A DNA stretch of 63,401 nt, filler included, from Octopus bimaculoides (lineage: Eukaryota): NCBI RefSeq assembly GCF_001194135.2. It is 10 parts of 8 records of this genome, joined end to end, with 100 filler letters (N's around TTAATTAATTAA, not from the genome) between each part and the next. Parts side by side here need not be neighbours in the genome. Positions count along the whole stretch, not along the records: positions 1 to 2,960 come from NC_069000.1; positions 3,061 to 4,861 come from NC_068993.1; positions 4,962 to 10,000 come from NC_068991.1; positions 10,101 to 20,361 come from NC_068981.1; 6 more parts are not named here. The stretch is one strand, 5' to 3'. A model generated the notes under the pieces. It saw only the letters and a program-made list of their open reading frames with translations, was not told the DNA's origin and made no database searches. This document shows positions 1-12,825 of the stretch, one piece after another. Made by a program: the position numbers and the translations under genes. Position 1 is the first letter of the stretch. Every line of letters begins with the position of its first letter.

Positions 1-25
1 TGCACACACACTCACACACACAGAG

Positions 26-61
<36 letters not shown>

Positions 62-346
62 ATACCCCTCTATCAATTTCTCTATCTGAATGAATGCATG
101 TGAATGGAAGGGAAAGATAGACAGAAAAATCAATTATATATGTGTGAGTGTATGTATGTGTGTGTATGCGCGTGTGTGCATGTGTGGATGTATGTGTTTG
201 CGCGTGTGCATGTGAATTCATATCTATTTGCTCACATACGTAATACACACCCACACATATATATTCACACGTGTATATAAGTATGCATGCATGATGTGTA
301 GTCTCTGATGCATGTAATGCTGCTTAAAGTTTCACCAAATCGTTAC

Positions 347-501
347 ATAACATATTTCTTAGCGTTATTATTGACGAACATATTTTGGTCACTTGAAGAT
401 AACATTTTGTAAATATCTTCACAGTATGGCGTAAGGAGGAAACATCTAAAATAGAGGACTTTATCTGTACCTGTTGGGTGGCTAAGTTCAGGTATAATCT
501 C
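347..501 (-). CDS. Candidate protein kinase exon (subdomains III-VIa-like)
   Basis: Acceptor ttttattgatgcag|, phase 0. Frame EIIPELSHPTGTDKVLYFRCFLLTPYCEDIYKMLSSSDQNMFVNNNAKKYV resembles the kinase L-x-HP, hinge (LVMEYCE) and D-L motifs. Donor AT|gtaacg is weak and the frame stops just after it. A competing plus-strand reading exists. Confidence 0.35.
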
Positions 502-830
502 CTGCATCAATAAAAGTCATCAATATTTAAATGTGATTATGAATCTTACAGGAAAATTATGGAAGAGGAATACGGAGTAAGATATGACTAGAAATAAAAA
601 GGCTTATATAAATCCATGTCAACTTTATTGTTGAATCTATTCTTATTACGAGCATATATTTTGTCTTGGAAGCCCCATTATTTGCTAAAGTATATGGACT
701 AAAGTATTATGAACTTCTCTTTTATTAGATGCGAGTTTAGAGATTCTTATACTAATGTTTTCGAGTTGTTTGAACAATTTCGTTTTAATATATATCTTTT
801 GTTTAAAAGATATATCGGCGATTAAAATTC

Positions 831-1150
831 TTAGCGGCATTTCATCTGCCTTTACTCTCTGGGTTCAAATGCCGGCGGCGTCGACTTTGCCTTTCATCTC
901 TTTGGGGTCGACAAAATGAGTAACAGTTGAATGCTGAAGTCCGAAATCACTGCCCTTGTGCCAAAGTTTGAAACCAATATATATCACTTGTAATGGCAGC
1001 AGACTGTCCGAAACGTTAGCGCGCCGGGCAAAATGTTTAGCGGCATTTAGTAGCACCTTTATGCTCTAATTACAAATTCCGCCGAGACCGACTTTACTTG
1101 TCATCCTTCTGACTCAATAAAATAAATACCAGTTGAACACAGGGGTCCAC
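831..1150 (+). mobile_element. Two tandem degenerate copies of octopus-type tRNA-like SINE (family A)
   Basis: Both contain the gtcgactttgcctttcatc-type core and ggttcaaat/aaattccgcc B-box-like segment shared with copies at 28872, 38957, 54487 and 63213. Confidence 0.8.
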
Positions 1151-2586
1151 TCCCCACCCACGCCCGAAATTGCTGGGCTTGTGCGAAAATTTGAAGCAAT
1201 GCATAGCACTTGTTCATTGAATTTGTAGGGTTTCAATTTTCTAAGAGAGATGAGACCTTTAAAAAATTTGAAATTTGTACTTTGTTAGTTACAGCTGTTT
1301 ATATGTCTAAGCTATTAAAAATACATACGAAATGTTATTTAAAGCCATTAAACACGGCAATAATATATGTTTCACGCACTTGAACTCATTAAACACAAAA
1401 ACTAACAAAGTTACAATCTTCCTGGTTCTAGTAGACATGACCGTTAAAGGAAACTGTTCAATAAAAGCACGTCAAATATTGAAACGAACATAAGCAGGTG
1501 GCATACACGGAGGAATTGAATAAAAATTGATACACTACTGTTCGACATGAAAGTTACTTCTACAGATTCAAACGGATCAGTCAACAGTACACAGTACACA
1601 GAAATTATAAACGGCGAGTTCATGTGATACATTAACAAGACTGCTTACTTCCGACATAAAATAGTAACCCCAGACTAGTCTAATTACATCTGGCAACTGA
1701 AAGCGAGAAACATCATTTATCAAATAAATTGGAAAATATTAGATGGAAGTTCAAAAATGATATGTTTAAGTTAAAATGTAGCAGGGATAACAATGGCCAC
1801 AGCTCAGCATGCACACAACAGCTCGAACAATGCCACACTCATACGCATAGAACACACATAGGCACATAGTCACTCCATTTATACACAGCGAAGGAAATCA
1901 TTATACTGAATATTCAATGCCCACCTAAGTGCTTAAATTCAACATCAGTACTTTACAGTAGAAGGTTTAATAAGTTTCTATTATAACTTTGGAAGCCCAT
2001 TTCACCATTAACAGAGACAGACGAAACAAATAATAATAAATTCCGTTCATGTGTATATTGATTTGTTTTCAGCATTCGTCTTCTTGTAGTCACGTCTTTT
2101 CACGAGTCATATAGTCATGGTAAACTAGGACATATAGTCATAGTAAACTAGGACACATGGAGACTCGAAAACCACCATAGATAAAAGTGAATTAAATTCT
2201 TATGAGACCCTTCCTTCTAAATATTCTTTGTTGCTGTTTCCATTACACATTACTTCTTGCGAACTTAGTTATATCTGCATTACTATGTTTTTTCACTTTT
2301 CATTGACAACCACTAGAATCTTTGCAATTCATCGCCCTGCTAATGCATAGTAAGAATGAAAATAAGCTATTAATTTAGAAATAAATTATTCTACTTACAT
2401 TCTGTTGCGCGTCACAGCAAATGGTTCATATGCACTTTTAAGAGCCGAAGGTTAGCTTTACAAATTACAAACTTCATAAATGTCACCTGTAACTTCTGAT
2501 ATAATCATTTGATTAACTATACGTGTACACTGCATATGTTTGAACATCCGAAGGTGAAATTCGGTACCAGCGGATGAGGTGCTTAC

Positions 2587-2639
2587 TTCAGGTGTATACT
2601 TTGCACTAATTTTTATTGAGATCTCTCTCTTACTCTCCT
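2587..2639 (-). CDS. Candidate kinase exon (subdomain II-like)
   Basis: ggttag|AG...GAA|gtaagc, phase 1 to 0. Joined to the 13839-13947 exon it gives ...YVSLTL-E-ESKREISIKISAKYTPE, placing a VAIK-like ISIK at typical spacing from the G-loop. The exon is short, so a chance match is possible. Confidence 0.3.
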
Positions 2640-2923
2640 CTAACCTTAGAGTACACAAACGCACACACATACACATACACATACATATATACATACAAAT
2701 ATATACACGTATATAGATAGATAGATACATACAGACATACATACATACATAGACACACAAGCAGACAGATATATAGATATACATTCACGTACATAAGTAT
2801 ATATATATATATATATAAAGGATAATAAGAGTGAAAAAACTACAGAAGGCTTGTGTTACATGGTTAAAGTATATATTCAAATTATATCAGAGAAATGTTA
2901 GAAAAATGTTATAAAATCTTTTT

Positions 2924-2960
<37 letters not shown>

Positions 2961-3068
2961 NNNNNNNNNNNNNNNNNNNNNNNNNNNNNNNNNNNNNNNN
3001 NNNNTTAATTAATTAANNNNNNNNNNNNNNNNNNNNNNNNNNNNNNNNNNNNNNNNNNNNATATATAT

Positions 3069-3103
<35 letters not shown>

Positions 3104-3304
3104 TATATATTTATGTATGTATATATATCGTGTGTTTGAGAATAGAACAGAGATTTATATACACTCATGAGTGTGTGTGTGTGTTCCTTACATGTAGCGA
3201 ATCCCAATATCCTTAAAATACATTTTTTGTAGAATTTTAGTATGATAGCATTTGTTTCTGCTTTTATATTTCTTTTATATTTCTTTTCATCATCATCATC
3301 ATTA

Positions 3305-3357
<53 letters not shown>

Positions 3358-4765
3358 TTTGGGAGATTTTTTTTTGTTCAGGGTGATGATGATGAGAAGG
3401 AGGAGGATGGTGGTGGTGGTGGTAGTGGTGGTGGTGATGATTATAAAACTATAATGATAGTTGTAGTAGCAATATTAGAAAAGATTGTAATATTGATGCT
3501 GTGGAACAGACAGATAGAGAAGAGAGAGAGAAAGAGAGAGAGAGAGCGAGAAAGAGAGAGAGAGAGAGTGAGGTAGTGAGACAGACTTGAAGACAGAGAG
3601 AGAGAAAGAGAAAGAGAGAGTGAGAGAGATTTACATTGATAGACAGAGAACGAGTTAGAGAGGGTATAATGTTAATGAATGAACAACGGGGGAGGGAAGG
3701 AGGAGAAATGTTAAGGGAGATATTGCTGAGGAAAGCAATGAGAACAACGACGAAAATGATGATAACTGTGGTGGTGGTGGTGGTGGTGGTGGTGGTGGTG
3801 GTNNNNNNNNNNGTGGTGGTGGTGGTGGTGATGTGTAACAGGGATGTTGGCGGTGGTGGCGATACATAGTAGTAGTGACTGTGTGTGATATATAGTTGGT
3901 AGCGGTGGTAGAGGTGGTGGTAATGGTGATGGTGATGGTGATGGTGGTAGTGGTCGTGGTGGTGGCGGTGGCAGCGGTGGTGGGTTTAATGGAATATGGC
4001 AGTGATGCTGTTGAGTGCAGGTTGTGGTAGCGGTGATATTTATGTGTATGCGCATGTATGTGTATGTGTGTGTGTGCATGCATATGAATGTGTGTGAGTG
4101 TGTGTGTGAGTGTATGCACGAGTATGTGGGTGTGTGTGTGTGAATGCGTATAAGTGTGAAGGTATGTATGTGCGTATATGTTTATGTACATGTGTATGTG
4201 TGCATGACCGTAAAGGTGTGTACATATGTGCGCATGTAAAGGTTTATATGTGTGGATGTTTATATATATACATACATACATACATACATACATACATACA
4301 TGTGTGTATATGTGTCTGCGTATGTATATATATAAGGGTACATATGGATGTGATGGCCTGAGTGTATATGTATGTATATGTGTGCGCATGTATATATATA
4401 TATATATATATATNNNNNNNNNNTTAGTGTTATTATAGATATTGTTGTTCATGTATTTGTTTTTTTTTGTTTTTTTTTTGGTTATATTATGTCGACGTCG
4501 TTGTTGTTCTTGTTGCTGTTAATGCTGCCGGTATTTTGATGCTGATGTTAGTGTTGTTGTTGTTGTTGTTGTTGTTACTGTTGTAGTTGTTGCTTTTGTT
4601 AAACAAACTTATCTGAATAAACAATACATAAAAAAAATGTCAAACTGCAACAGTAGATAGGTACATATATAGATAGATAGACAATTAGTTACACACACAC
4701 ACATATATATATCCACACATATATATATATATATACGTACATATATAATATATATATATACATAC

Positions 4766-4861
<96 letters not shown>

Positions 4862-5872
4862 NNNNNNNNNNNNNNNNNNNNNNNNNNNNNNNNNNNNNNN
4901 NNNNNTTAATTAATTAANNNNNNNNNNNNNNNNNNNNNNNNNNNNNNNNNNNNNNNNNNNNTTCTCTCTCTCTAACCATTCCTTCTCACTCGGCCTCTCT
5001 CTCCCTCTCTCTCTCTAACCATTCCTTCTCACTCGGCCTCTCTCTCCCTCTCTCCCTCTCTCTCTCTCTTTCTTTCTCTTTCCCTTTTCCTCTATCGATT
5101 TCATCATCTGTCTGGCTGTCAGTATCAGTCTCTGTCTTTTTCCTTGGACAAATGGTGTCGTGTCTGGGACAGATTCATCGCGAAGATCAGCCGTTGCCTT
5201 ACTTTGATTAAGGAAGTCTGACAGTTTTAATCTATCACTCATAGAGATTGTGTGGTGAATGTTAGTGATGTGACAAAGAAAAAAAATGCTTTCCTCACAA
5301 GCATTCTCAACTCCTCATTGACATTTACAGGAAATGATAGTGAGAGTGGAGAGAGCGATGCTGACCTAACAAATTTCTTCAAAGATGGAAGCGAGTGGCG
5401 CCTCTAGGCTAGAAAATGACATTTGAACACGCACACATATTTGTACTTTTGGTAATTAGGTTAATCCAGGATCTTCAGCGTTCTGTTACTGGTCTTATGA
5501 AACATTCCAATTCTAAGGACCGTATAAAGTTTTGGATATTTTACGCCTCCTTTTATTTTCGCGGTCGATTTCTATATAACTTTTCTAGCTGCACATTTTT
5601 TAACCTATCCATGCAATGCTCCTCATCAGTAGCATATAACAGAAGCTATTAATCATCATCATCATCATCATCATTATGGAAACTATCTTCACGTGGCGAG
5701 TGTTGAGGTTTCCTGCAGCAACATGCCCCTTATTCTTTTGTAAATATTTGGTGTACAAATGCTTAACGCGCGCTAACATCACTTTAAGATGTGTGTGTGT
5801 GTGTATGTGTATGTGTGGGTATGTGTGTGCATGTGCGTGCGCGCGCGTACACATATGTATATTAAGAGAGAA

Positions 5873-5898
5873 GATAGATAGATAGATATATTGATGGA

Positions 5899-5961
<63 letters not shown>

Positions 5962-5962
5962 C

Positions 5963-6022
<60 letters not shown>

Positions 6023-6050
6023 GTAGATAGATAGATAGATAGATAGATAC

Positions 6051-6080
<30 letters not shown>
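5873..6080 (+). repeat. (GATA)n microsatellite, about 50 units; representative of dozens of (CA)n, (TA)n, (TTA)n, (GGT)n, (CATA)n and (CTT)n tracts
   Basis: Read directly. These tracts explain most of the long HT/YI/CV-repeat ORFs in the ORF track. Confidence 0.95.
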
Positions 6081-6081
<1 letters not shown>

Positions 6082-8048
6082 CATATGTTTCTTTATTAAC
6101 AACACATGGTGACAAAATACAAAGTAGAGCTTTTCTTTTGGGGAAGGAAATAAAAAAGGGTGGGGTAGAATTTCGATCAAAAGGGATCGTGGAAAGAAAA
6201 AAAAAAGGAAGCCGATCAATAGGGATCATGTATCACAGAAATGTCATAATGTAAAAGGGGAAACAGATTAGGTTTATCCATAGAAAGAAAAGCCTACAGA
6301 AAAGAACAAGGTAACCTCGGGCAATAATGTCATGCGAGGACACATCATCAAATGTGTTGTAACACTTTTGTAAAAGGTTTGTGTTGTACGCATCAAGCAC
6401 TATGCAGGCACTACCATAGCCATGGGCAGACCCACGACTTGGGAGTGAAATAGCGTGGACAGGAATCCGTATAGAAGCCAACCAGATGCACTGCACCTGT
6501 AATTCATTGATCCTGAGGAACGCTAATACTGCCGAGACTCGAGATTCAGCAGCAACTAATTCAGTGATTGAACAGCTGAATCCTCCACACCAAACGACGG
6601 AGATCCACAACCAATGACACCTTATAGTGAATTGTATTTGTACTTTACGCCTGAAACACTCCGGCGACTTTTCGGTGAATGCACTTCACGGTGCATTTAC
6701 TAGGCACAGTTTGAACGTCGCGAACTTTCAATTAATTACATTATTTTGACCAAAGGTGTAATTAGTTCAGATATTTATTTACTCTTATCTCACATTTGTC
6801 TGTTGAAATCATTAATGTTTTTGTAGCAAATCACTTTTAAATATCATACTAGTTATTAAGTTTTCTTCGAATTAAAATAACAAATCACACGCTGCATGCT
6901 TGTTTGTAATTATTACTCACTGTTATATATATATATATATNNNNNNNNNNNNNNNNNNNNNNNNNNNNNNNNNNNNNNNNNNNNNNNNNNNNNNNNNNNN
7001 NNNNNNNNNNNNNNNNNNNNNNNNNNNNNNNNNNNNNNNNNNNNNNNNNNNNNNNNNNNNNNNNNNNNNNNNNNNNNNNNNNNNNNNNNNNNNNNNNNNN
7101 NNNNNNNNNNNNNNNNNNNNNNNNNNNNNNNNNNNNNNNNNNNNNNNNNNNNNNNNNNNNNNNNNNNNNNNNNNNNNNNNNNNNNNNNNNNNNNNNNNNN
7201 NNNNNNNNNNNNNNNNNNNNNNNNNNNNNNNNNNNNNNNNNNNNNNNNNNNNNNNNNNNNNNNNNNNNNNNNNNNNNNNNNNNNNNNNNNNNNNNNNNNN
7301 NNNNNNNNNNNNNNNNNNNNNNNNNNNNNNNNNNNNNNNNNNNNNNNNNNNNNNNNNNNNNNNNNNNNNNNNNNNNNNNNNNNNNNNNNNNNNNNNNNNN
7401 NNNNNNNNNNNNNNNNNNNNNNNNNNNNNNNNNNNNNNNNNNNNNNNNNNNNNNNNNNNNNNNNNNNNNNNNNNNNNNNNNNNNNNNNNNNNNNNNNNNN
7501 NNNNNNNNNNNNNNNNNNNNNNNNNNNNNNNNNNNNNNNNNNNNNNNNNNNNNNNNNNNNNNNNNNNNNNNNNNNNNNNNNNNNNNNNNNNNNNNNNNNN
7601 NNNNNNNNNNNNNNNNNNNNNNNNNNNNNNNNNNNNNNNNNNNNNNNNNNNNNNNNNNNNNNNNNNNNNNNNNNNNNNNNNNNNNNNNNNNNNNNNNNNN
7701 NNNNNNNNNNNNNNNNNNNNNATATATATACATATATATATATATATATACATCCTTGTAGACGTTTCTTACTTTATCTCTATGTTAGCGTGTATATGTC
7801 ACGTAATGTGTACATAGTCTTTTATTCTTTTACTTGTTTCAGATATTTGACTGCGACAATGCTGGTGCATCACCTTTAGATGAGCAAATCGACCCCAGGA
7901 CTTATTCTTTGTAAGCCTAGTCCTTATTCTATCTGTTCTTTTGTCGAACCGCTATGTTACAGAGACGTAAGCACATCAACAGCTGTTGTCAAGCGATGGT
8001 AGGGAGACAAACACAGATACACACAGACACACACATACACACACACAT

Positions 8049-8117
<69 letters not shown>

Positions 8118-8250
8118 CGACTGGCTTCTTTCAGTTTCCGTCTACGAAATCCACTCACAAGGCTTTGGTTGGCCCTAGGCAATAGTAGAAGACACTTGCC
8201 CGAGATGCACCGGATCCATGTGGCTGAGAAGCAAAGTTCGTACCACTCAG
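8118..8250 (-). mobile_element. SINE family B copy
   Basis: ggcttctttcagtttccgtctac...gacacttgccc is shared with copies at 38860, 46005, 49108 and 60214. Confidence 0.8.
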
Positions 8251-8455
8251 CCAAAGGAAATGTTTATCGCCACTTAAAATAGGATGCTCTGTTAGAACGT
8301 ATTACACAGCGGTAATTACCATGAGAGAAACACTGCATATTGACTTTTGGTGCATAGATATGTAGGCGTTTCATATAATTATATATATACAAATGTATAT
8401 ATGCATATATCTATATATATATATATAAATATAAATATATATATATATGTTTATA

Positions 8456-8502
<47 letters not shown>

Positions 8503-8707
8503 ACATATATGTACATACATGTGTGGGTGTGCATCTATGTATGTATGCATGTATGTATAGATGGATGGATGGATGGATGGATGGATGGATGGAATGATAG
8601 ATAGATGCATATATATATACGTATATATATATAAACGTATACGCATATGCATACATGCGTATAAATGTGCGTAAATTTTCGTCTGCGCCTATAAATTGTT
8701 TTGAGTA

Positions 8708-8827
<120 letters not shown>

Positions 8828-9346
8828 ATATGTGTATAGACATACACGGACACATATACCCATATATGTGCCTGTGTATAATGCCTTCGCGCGCACGCGT
8901 GTGCTTGCGTATGTGTATATGTTTTTACCATCGCCTTTGACCTATATAATGCACAACTCACTGCCGAACTACACTTCAATAGAACCCCTAAACGTATACC
9001 TCAGCTTCTATACTACTTACCAGCAACAGAAGTAGTGCTTTTAGCCCCCATAAGATTCGGCACTCTTAAAAGTTGTGAACAGAATTAAAATGAGCGTTTA
9101 AACCAATAAATCTACAGTAATATCGACCTGCCATTAGCATCGAATTCTATTACTCTCTCTTATCTCTTCTCTTTTATCTTTTGCTTATTTTATTCATTGG
9201 ACAACAGCCAGGCCAAACTACTCCGTTACGGTGACGTAGACAAGCCAACACGAGTTTTCCAGCAGTTTTGAAGAAAACCACCGATTTACACACACACACA
9301 CACACACATATACAGAGAGAGAAACACACACGCACACATGTAACAG

Positions 9347-9511
9347 GATTCAACGCAACTTCCATTAACCAAATTCACTCGCGAGGCATTGCATGAGTCG
9401 GTCCAGAATTGTAGCAGTTGTCACTTGTCTAAAATGCAGTGCAACGGAACTGAAAACAGAACTGCATGGTTGCGAAACGAACTTCTTGACCACGCAGCTA
9501 TGCTTCCGCTT
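9347..9511 (+). CDS. Candidate exon of plus-strand secretory-pathway gene
   Basis: taacag|GAT; 55 open codons DSTQLPLTKFTREALHESVQNCSSCHLSKMQCNGTENRTAWLRNELLDHAAMLPL with three N-x-S/T sequons. Donor CTT|gtatca is weak. QLPL-xx-FT recalls PDI b/b' junctions (from memory). Confidence 0.3.
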
Positions 9512-9635
9512 GTATCAACATGAAATTTAAATAATCTTGTGCATATGTGCGGGAAGGTGTATGTGTGTGTTTGCGTCTGTGGTTGAGTATGTGGGTGTAT
9601 CTGTACAACTACAATATCTACACTATATGCACGCA

Positions 9636-9671
<36 letters not shown>

Positions 9672-9696
9672 CATATATACATACATATATAAAAGG

Positions 9697-9999
9697 AGCA
9701 CTTCGTTGGTTACGACGACGAGGGACCCAGCTAATACGATCAACGGAACAGCTTGCTCGTGAAATTAACGTGCAAGTGACTGAGCAATCCACAGACACGT
9801 GTACCCCTAACGTAGTTCTCGGGGAGATTCGGCATAACACACAGTGTGACAAGGTCGGCCCTTTGCAATACAGGTACAACACATTTTCGCCAGGTGAATG
9901 GACTGGAGCAACGTGAAATAAAGTGTGTTCCTCAAGGACACAATGCGTCGCTGGAAATTGAACTCACGACCTCACAATCGTGAGCCGAATGCCCTAACC
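9697..9999 (-). mobile_element. tRNA-headed SINE family C copy
   Basis: Minus strand reads tggttagggcattcggctcacgattgtgaggtcgtgagttcaatttcc (A/B-box-like head). Related copy on + at 24289-24481. Confidence 0.75.
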
Positions 10000-10436
10000 A
10001 NNNNNNNNNNNNNNNNNNNNNNNNNNNNNNNNNNNNNNNNNNNNTTAATTAATTAANNNNNNNNNNNNNNNNNNNNNNNNNNNNNNNNNNNNNNNNNNNN
10101 GGTGAAATGTCCTCCCCCACATTTTTTTTTCTAAAATTTTCGTTGCGTCTTGCAATCTTTTCAATATATATACATATATATGTATATCTACTTATCTACT
10201 TATCTATTGTCGTAGATGTTTGTGTTGTTGCAACATATATATAATATGTATATCACGAAATTCTTTTTTTTTATGAAACTGTCTGTAAAATTTATAGAAA
10301 CATGAAAATCATTCTTCTTTGTTGCAATAAAATATAATGAAATATAATTCGCAACAATAAAACAGCATTGAAACATAGAATGATATCATAAATGTTAATA
10401 TAGACATTTATAGATGCAGGCATTGCCTCTATATAG

Positions 10437-10533
10437 GAAACTTTCTTTGCATCCACGTGGTTACAAGTTCAGTTCTACATCCTGGCATCCTGGACACGCG
10501 TTTCCTACTATAACCCGGGTTGGACCGACAGGT
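10437..10533 (+). CDS. Candidate exon of plus-strand gene
   Basis: cctctatatag|GAA...AGGT|gtaagt (strong donor), unique sequence. Phase-0 reading is ETFFASTWLQVQFYILASWTRVSYYNPGWTDR; a second frame is also open. Confidence 0.4.
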
Positions 10534-10605
10534 GTAAGTTAATTTGATAAACGGAACGTGTGTAGAAAACCGTTGTGTTTGTATGTGTGTGTGCGCGCGC
10601 ATGTA

Positions 10606-10800
10606 CAGTAATCCCTCAACTATGGCGGGTGTTACGTTCCAAAAACACTCCTGACAAGTTAAAATCCGTGAAATAGAAACAATACTACACTCTATTTTAA
10701 TTTTTATATTTATTTTATCATAAATCCAAAACAACACCACAGAGGTATCGATCTTATCCTTTTTTATATAAATTAGTTTTGTCAGTGTATTTACTGCGCT
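10606..10800 (+). mobile_element. Pogo/Tigger-like DNA transposon end
   Basis: TA followed by CAGTAATCCCTC...GGCGGGTGTTACGTTCC resembles Tigger-type TIRs. No partner TIR seen. Confidence 0.45.
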
Positions 10801-10945
10801 GATATTCTGTCCGGATCGCACGGGAGGTTTTTAGGCGGGCTATTTAAGCTAGCCGTGTGCATACGTGCATATATATGTATGTATACGTCCGTATATGTAA
10901 GTATACTGTTTATATACATGTATTTGTATTTATGTACTTGAGTAT

Positions 10946-11007
10946 ATTCCACTGATGAAGGCAGAGCATTATTATTTATGCAAAGCCAGAAATCCAGGAT
11001 TTGGAAT
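10946..11007 (+). ncRNA. Minimal type I hammerhead ribozyme-like motif
   Basis: Stem I ATTCCA/TGGAAT; CTGATGA 10952-10958; stem II GGC...GCC with inner GCAT/ATGC; GAAA 10989-10992; palindromic helix III ATCC-A-GGAT; AUU triplet. A.A mismatch at the base of stem II. Confidence 0.55.
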
Positions 11008-12331
11008 TATCTTATTATTTTTACTGGTTTATTTGGTCTTCGTCTTCGCTACTCGTGCCATGCGGACATNNNNNNNNNNNNNNNNNNNNNNNNNNNNNNN
11101 NNNNNNNNNNNNNNNNNNNNNNNNNNNNNNNNNNNNNNNNNNNNNNNNNNNNNNNNNNNNNNNNNNNNNNNNNNNNNNNNNNNNNNNNNNNNNNNNNNNN
11201 NNNNNNNNNNNNNNNNNNNNNNNNNNNNNNNNNNNNNNNNNNNNNNNNNNNNNNNNNNNNNNNNNNNNNNNNNNNNNNNNNNNNNNNNNNNNNNNNNNNN
11301 NNNNNNNNNNNNNNNNNNNNNNNNNNNNNNNNNNNNNNNNNNNNNNNNNNNNNNNNNNNNNNNNNNNNNNNNNNNNNNNNNNNNNNNNNNNNNNNNNNNN
11401 NNNNNNNNNNNNNNNNNNNNNNNNNNNNNNNNNNNNNNNNNNNNNNNNNNNNNNNNNNNNNNNNNNNNNNNNNNNNNNNNNNNNNNNNNNNNNNNNNNNN
11501 NNNNNNNNNNNNNNNNNNNNNNNNNNNNNNNNNNNNNNNNNNNNNNNNNNNNNNNNNNNNNNNNNNNNNNNNNNNNNNNNNNNNNNNNNNNNNNNNNNNN
11601 NNNNNNNNNNNNNNNNNNNNNNNNNNNNNNNNNNNNNNNNNNNNNNNNNNNNNNNNNNNNNNNNNNNNNNNNNNNNNNNNNNNNNNNNNNNNNNNNNNNN
11701 NNNNNNNNNNNNNNNNNNNNNNNNNNNNNNNNNNNNNNNNNNNNATATATATATATATAAGTAAAAATTTTGCATAAATTATTTACGCTTCGCTAATCAA
11801 ATTGTTACCATATTCTCGAACCATCTGACATGGTGGTGATGGATTTGGGAGCACAAACCTGTCAGACCTACGGAAGCATGGAGAAACAGATGTTAATTAA
11901 AATCTTGATGATCTATGGATACAAGGTAGTGCGTGTTTAATACTAGCATATAATACGTACTTGCGTGTGTAATAAGTTGCGAGAGAACGAGCCAATGTGT
12001 GTTTTGCAGGTGAACGAAATGTTTAGCTGCAAAGGCATCTAAATGTCTGTGACTTAATCTATTTGTCATTTTCTGTTTGACTAGCGTTCCTTCGCTCACC
12101 ACATGTAACTTTTTATACACTTGCCTATACATACGTATATGTACATATACATATACACATATATATTCATATACATATATACATATATACACATTTGACA
12201 AATAAATAACACACGAATATACATATACATATATACATCTACTTATTCACATAAATATATTTAGAGAGGTGTATATGTACGTAATAAACACAAACATAAA
12301 TATACACACACACACACACATATATGTACAC

Positions 12332-12363
<32 letters not shown>

Positions 12364-12456
12364 ATATATATATGAAATATAAATGCCTACTCACATATAT
12401 ACACATGTATGCACATTTGTTTGTGTGTATATGTGTGTATGTGTGTTTGTATTACT

Positions 12457-12672
12457 TAAAATGAGTCAACAAAGCCAAGGTTATGTGGAATTGTCAAGAC
12501 ATTTATAAAGAGTTAATCTTACAGCTCTTTCTGAGATATCAGGGATATATTTTCATCAGAGACGATGTAAGATGACATATCCCTAATATCCCCGGAACAG
12601 CTGTAAGACTATCTTGCCCTTTATAAATGTCGTATAAATTCCACATAACCTTGGCTTTGTTGTTTCATTTTA
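12457..12672. repeat. About 215-bp imperfect inverted repeat carrying hammerhead halves in both arms
   Basis: Left arm aaaatgagtcaacaaagccaaggttatgtggaatt...tcttacagct mirrors right arm agctgtaaga...aattccacataaccttggctttgttgtttcatttt. Confidence 0.85.
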
Positions 12673-12825
12673 TTTAACATATACATGATCATACATGACC
12701 CGCATTAGTCTCCTCACTCGTATTATTATCGAACCGAGAGTTTAACTACGGTCCTTTCATAGCACCTACATACTATTACCTGTCACCATGGGTCTTCTCG
12801 ATACCAATACATTTCATATATATAT

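Noticed and set aside
424-576. Plus-strand two-exon reading VWRKEETSKIEDFICTCWVAKFR-KIMEEEYG
   Set aside because: Needs a 60-nt intron, has no family resemblance and overlaps the kinase-like minus reading. It does show that the kinase exon could also be chance.
3005-3016. TTAATTAATTAA flanked by N runs, recurring about nine times (for example near 4906, 10045, 20406, 29762, 32858, 50877, 57881, 61087)
   Set aside because: Identical 12-mer with stops in all six frames, always centred in similar-length gaps; an assembly spacer, not biology.
5571-5640. CTGATGA...GAAA on the minus strand
   Set aside because: Stems I and III cannot both pair in any register.
6885-7879. Long ORFs through N runs and microsatellites (also 10955-11777, 14257-15193, 42505-43296, 61703-62737)
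   Set aside because: Open only because of N or dinucleotide/trinucleotide repeats.
11940-12030. Minus frame DAFAAKHFVH as a kinase subdomain II exon
   Set aside because: Weak acceptor, short spacing and no alphaC Glu afterwards.
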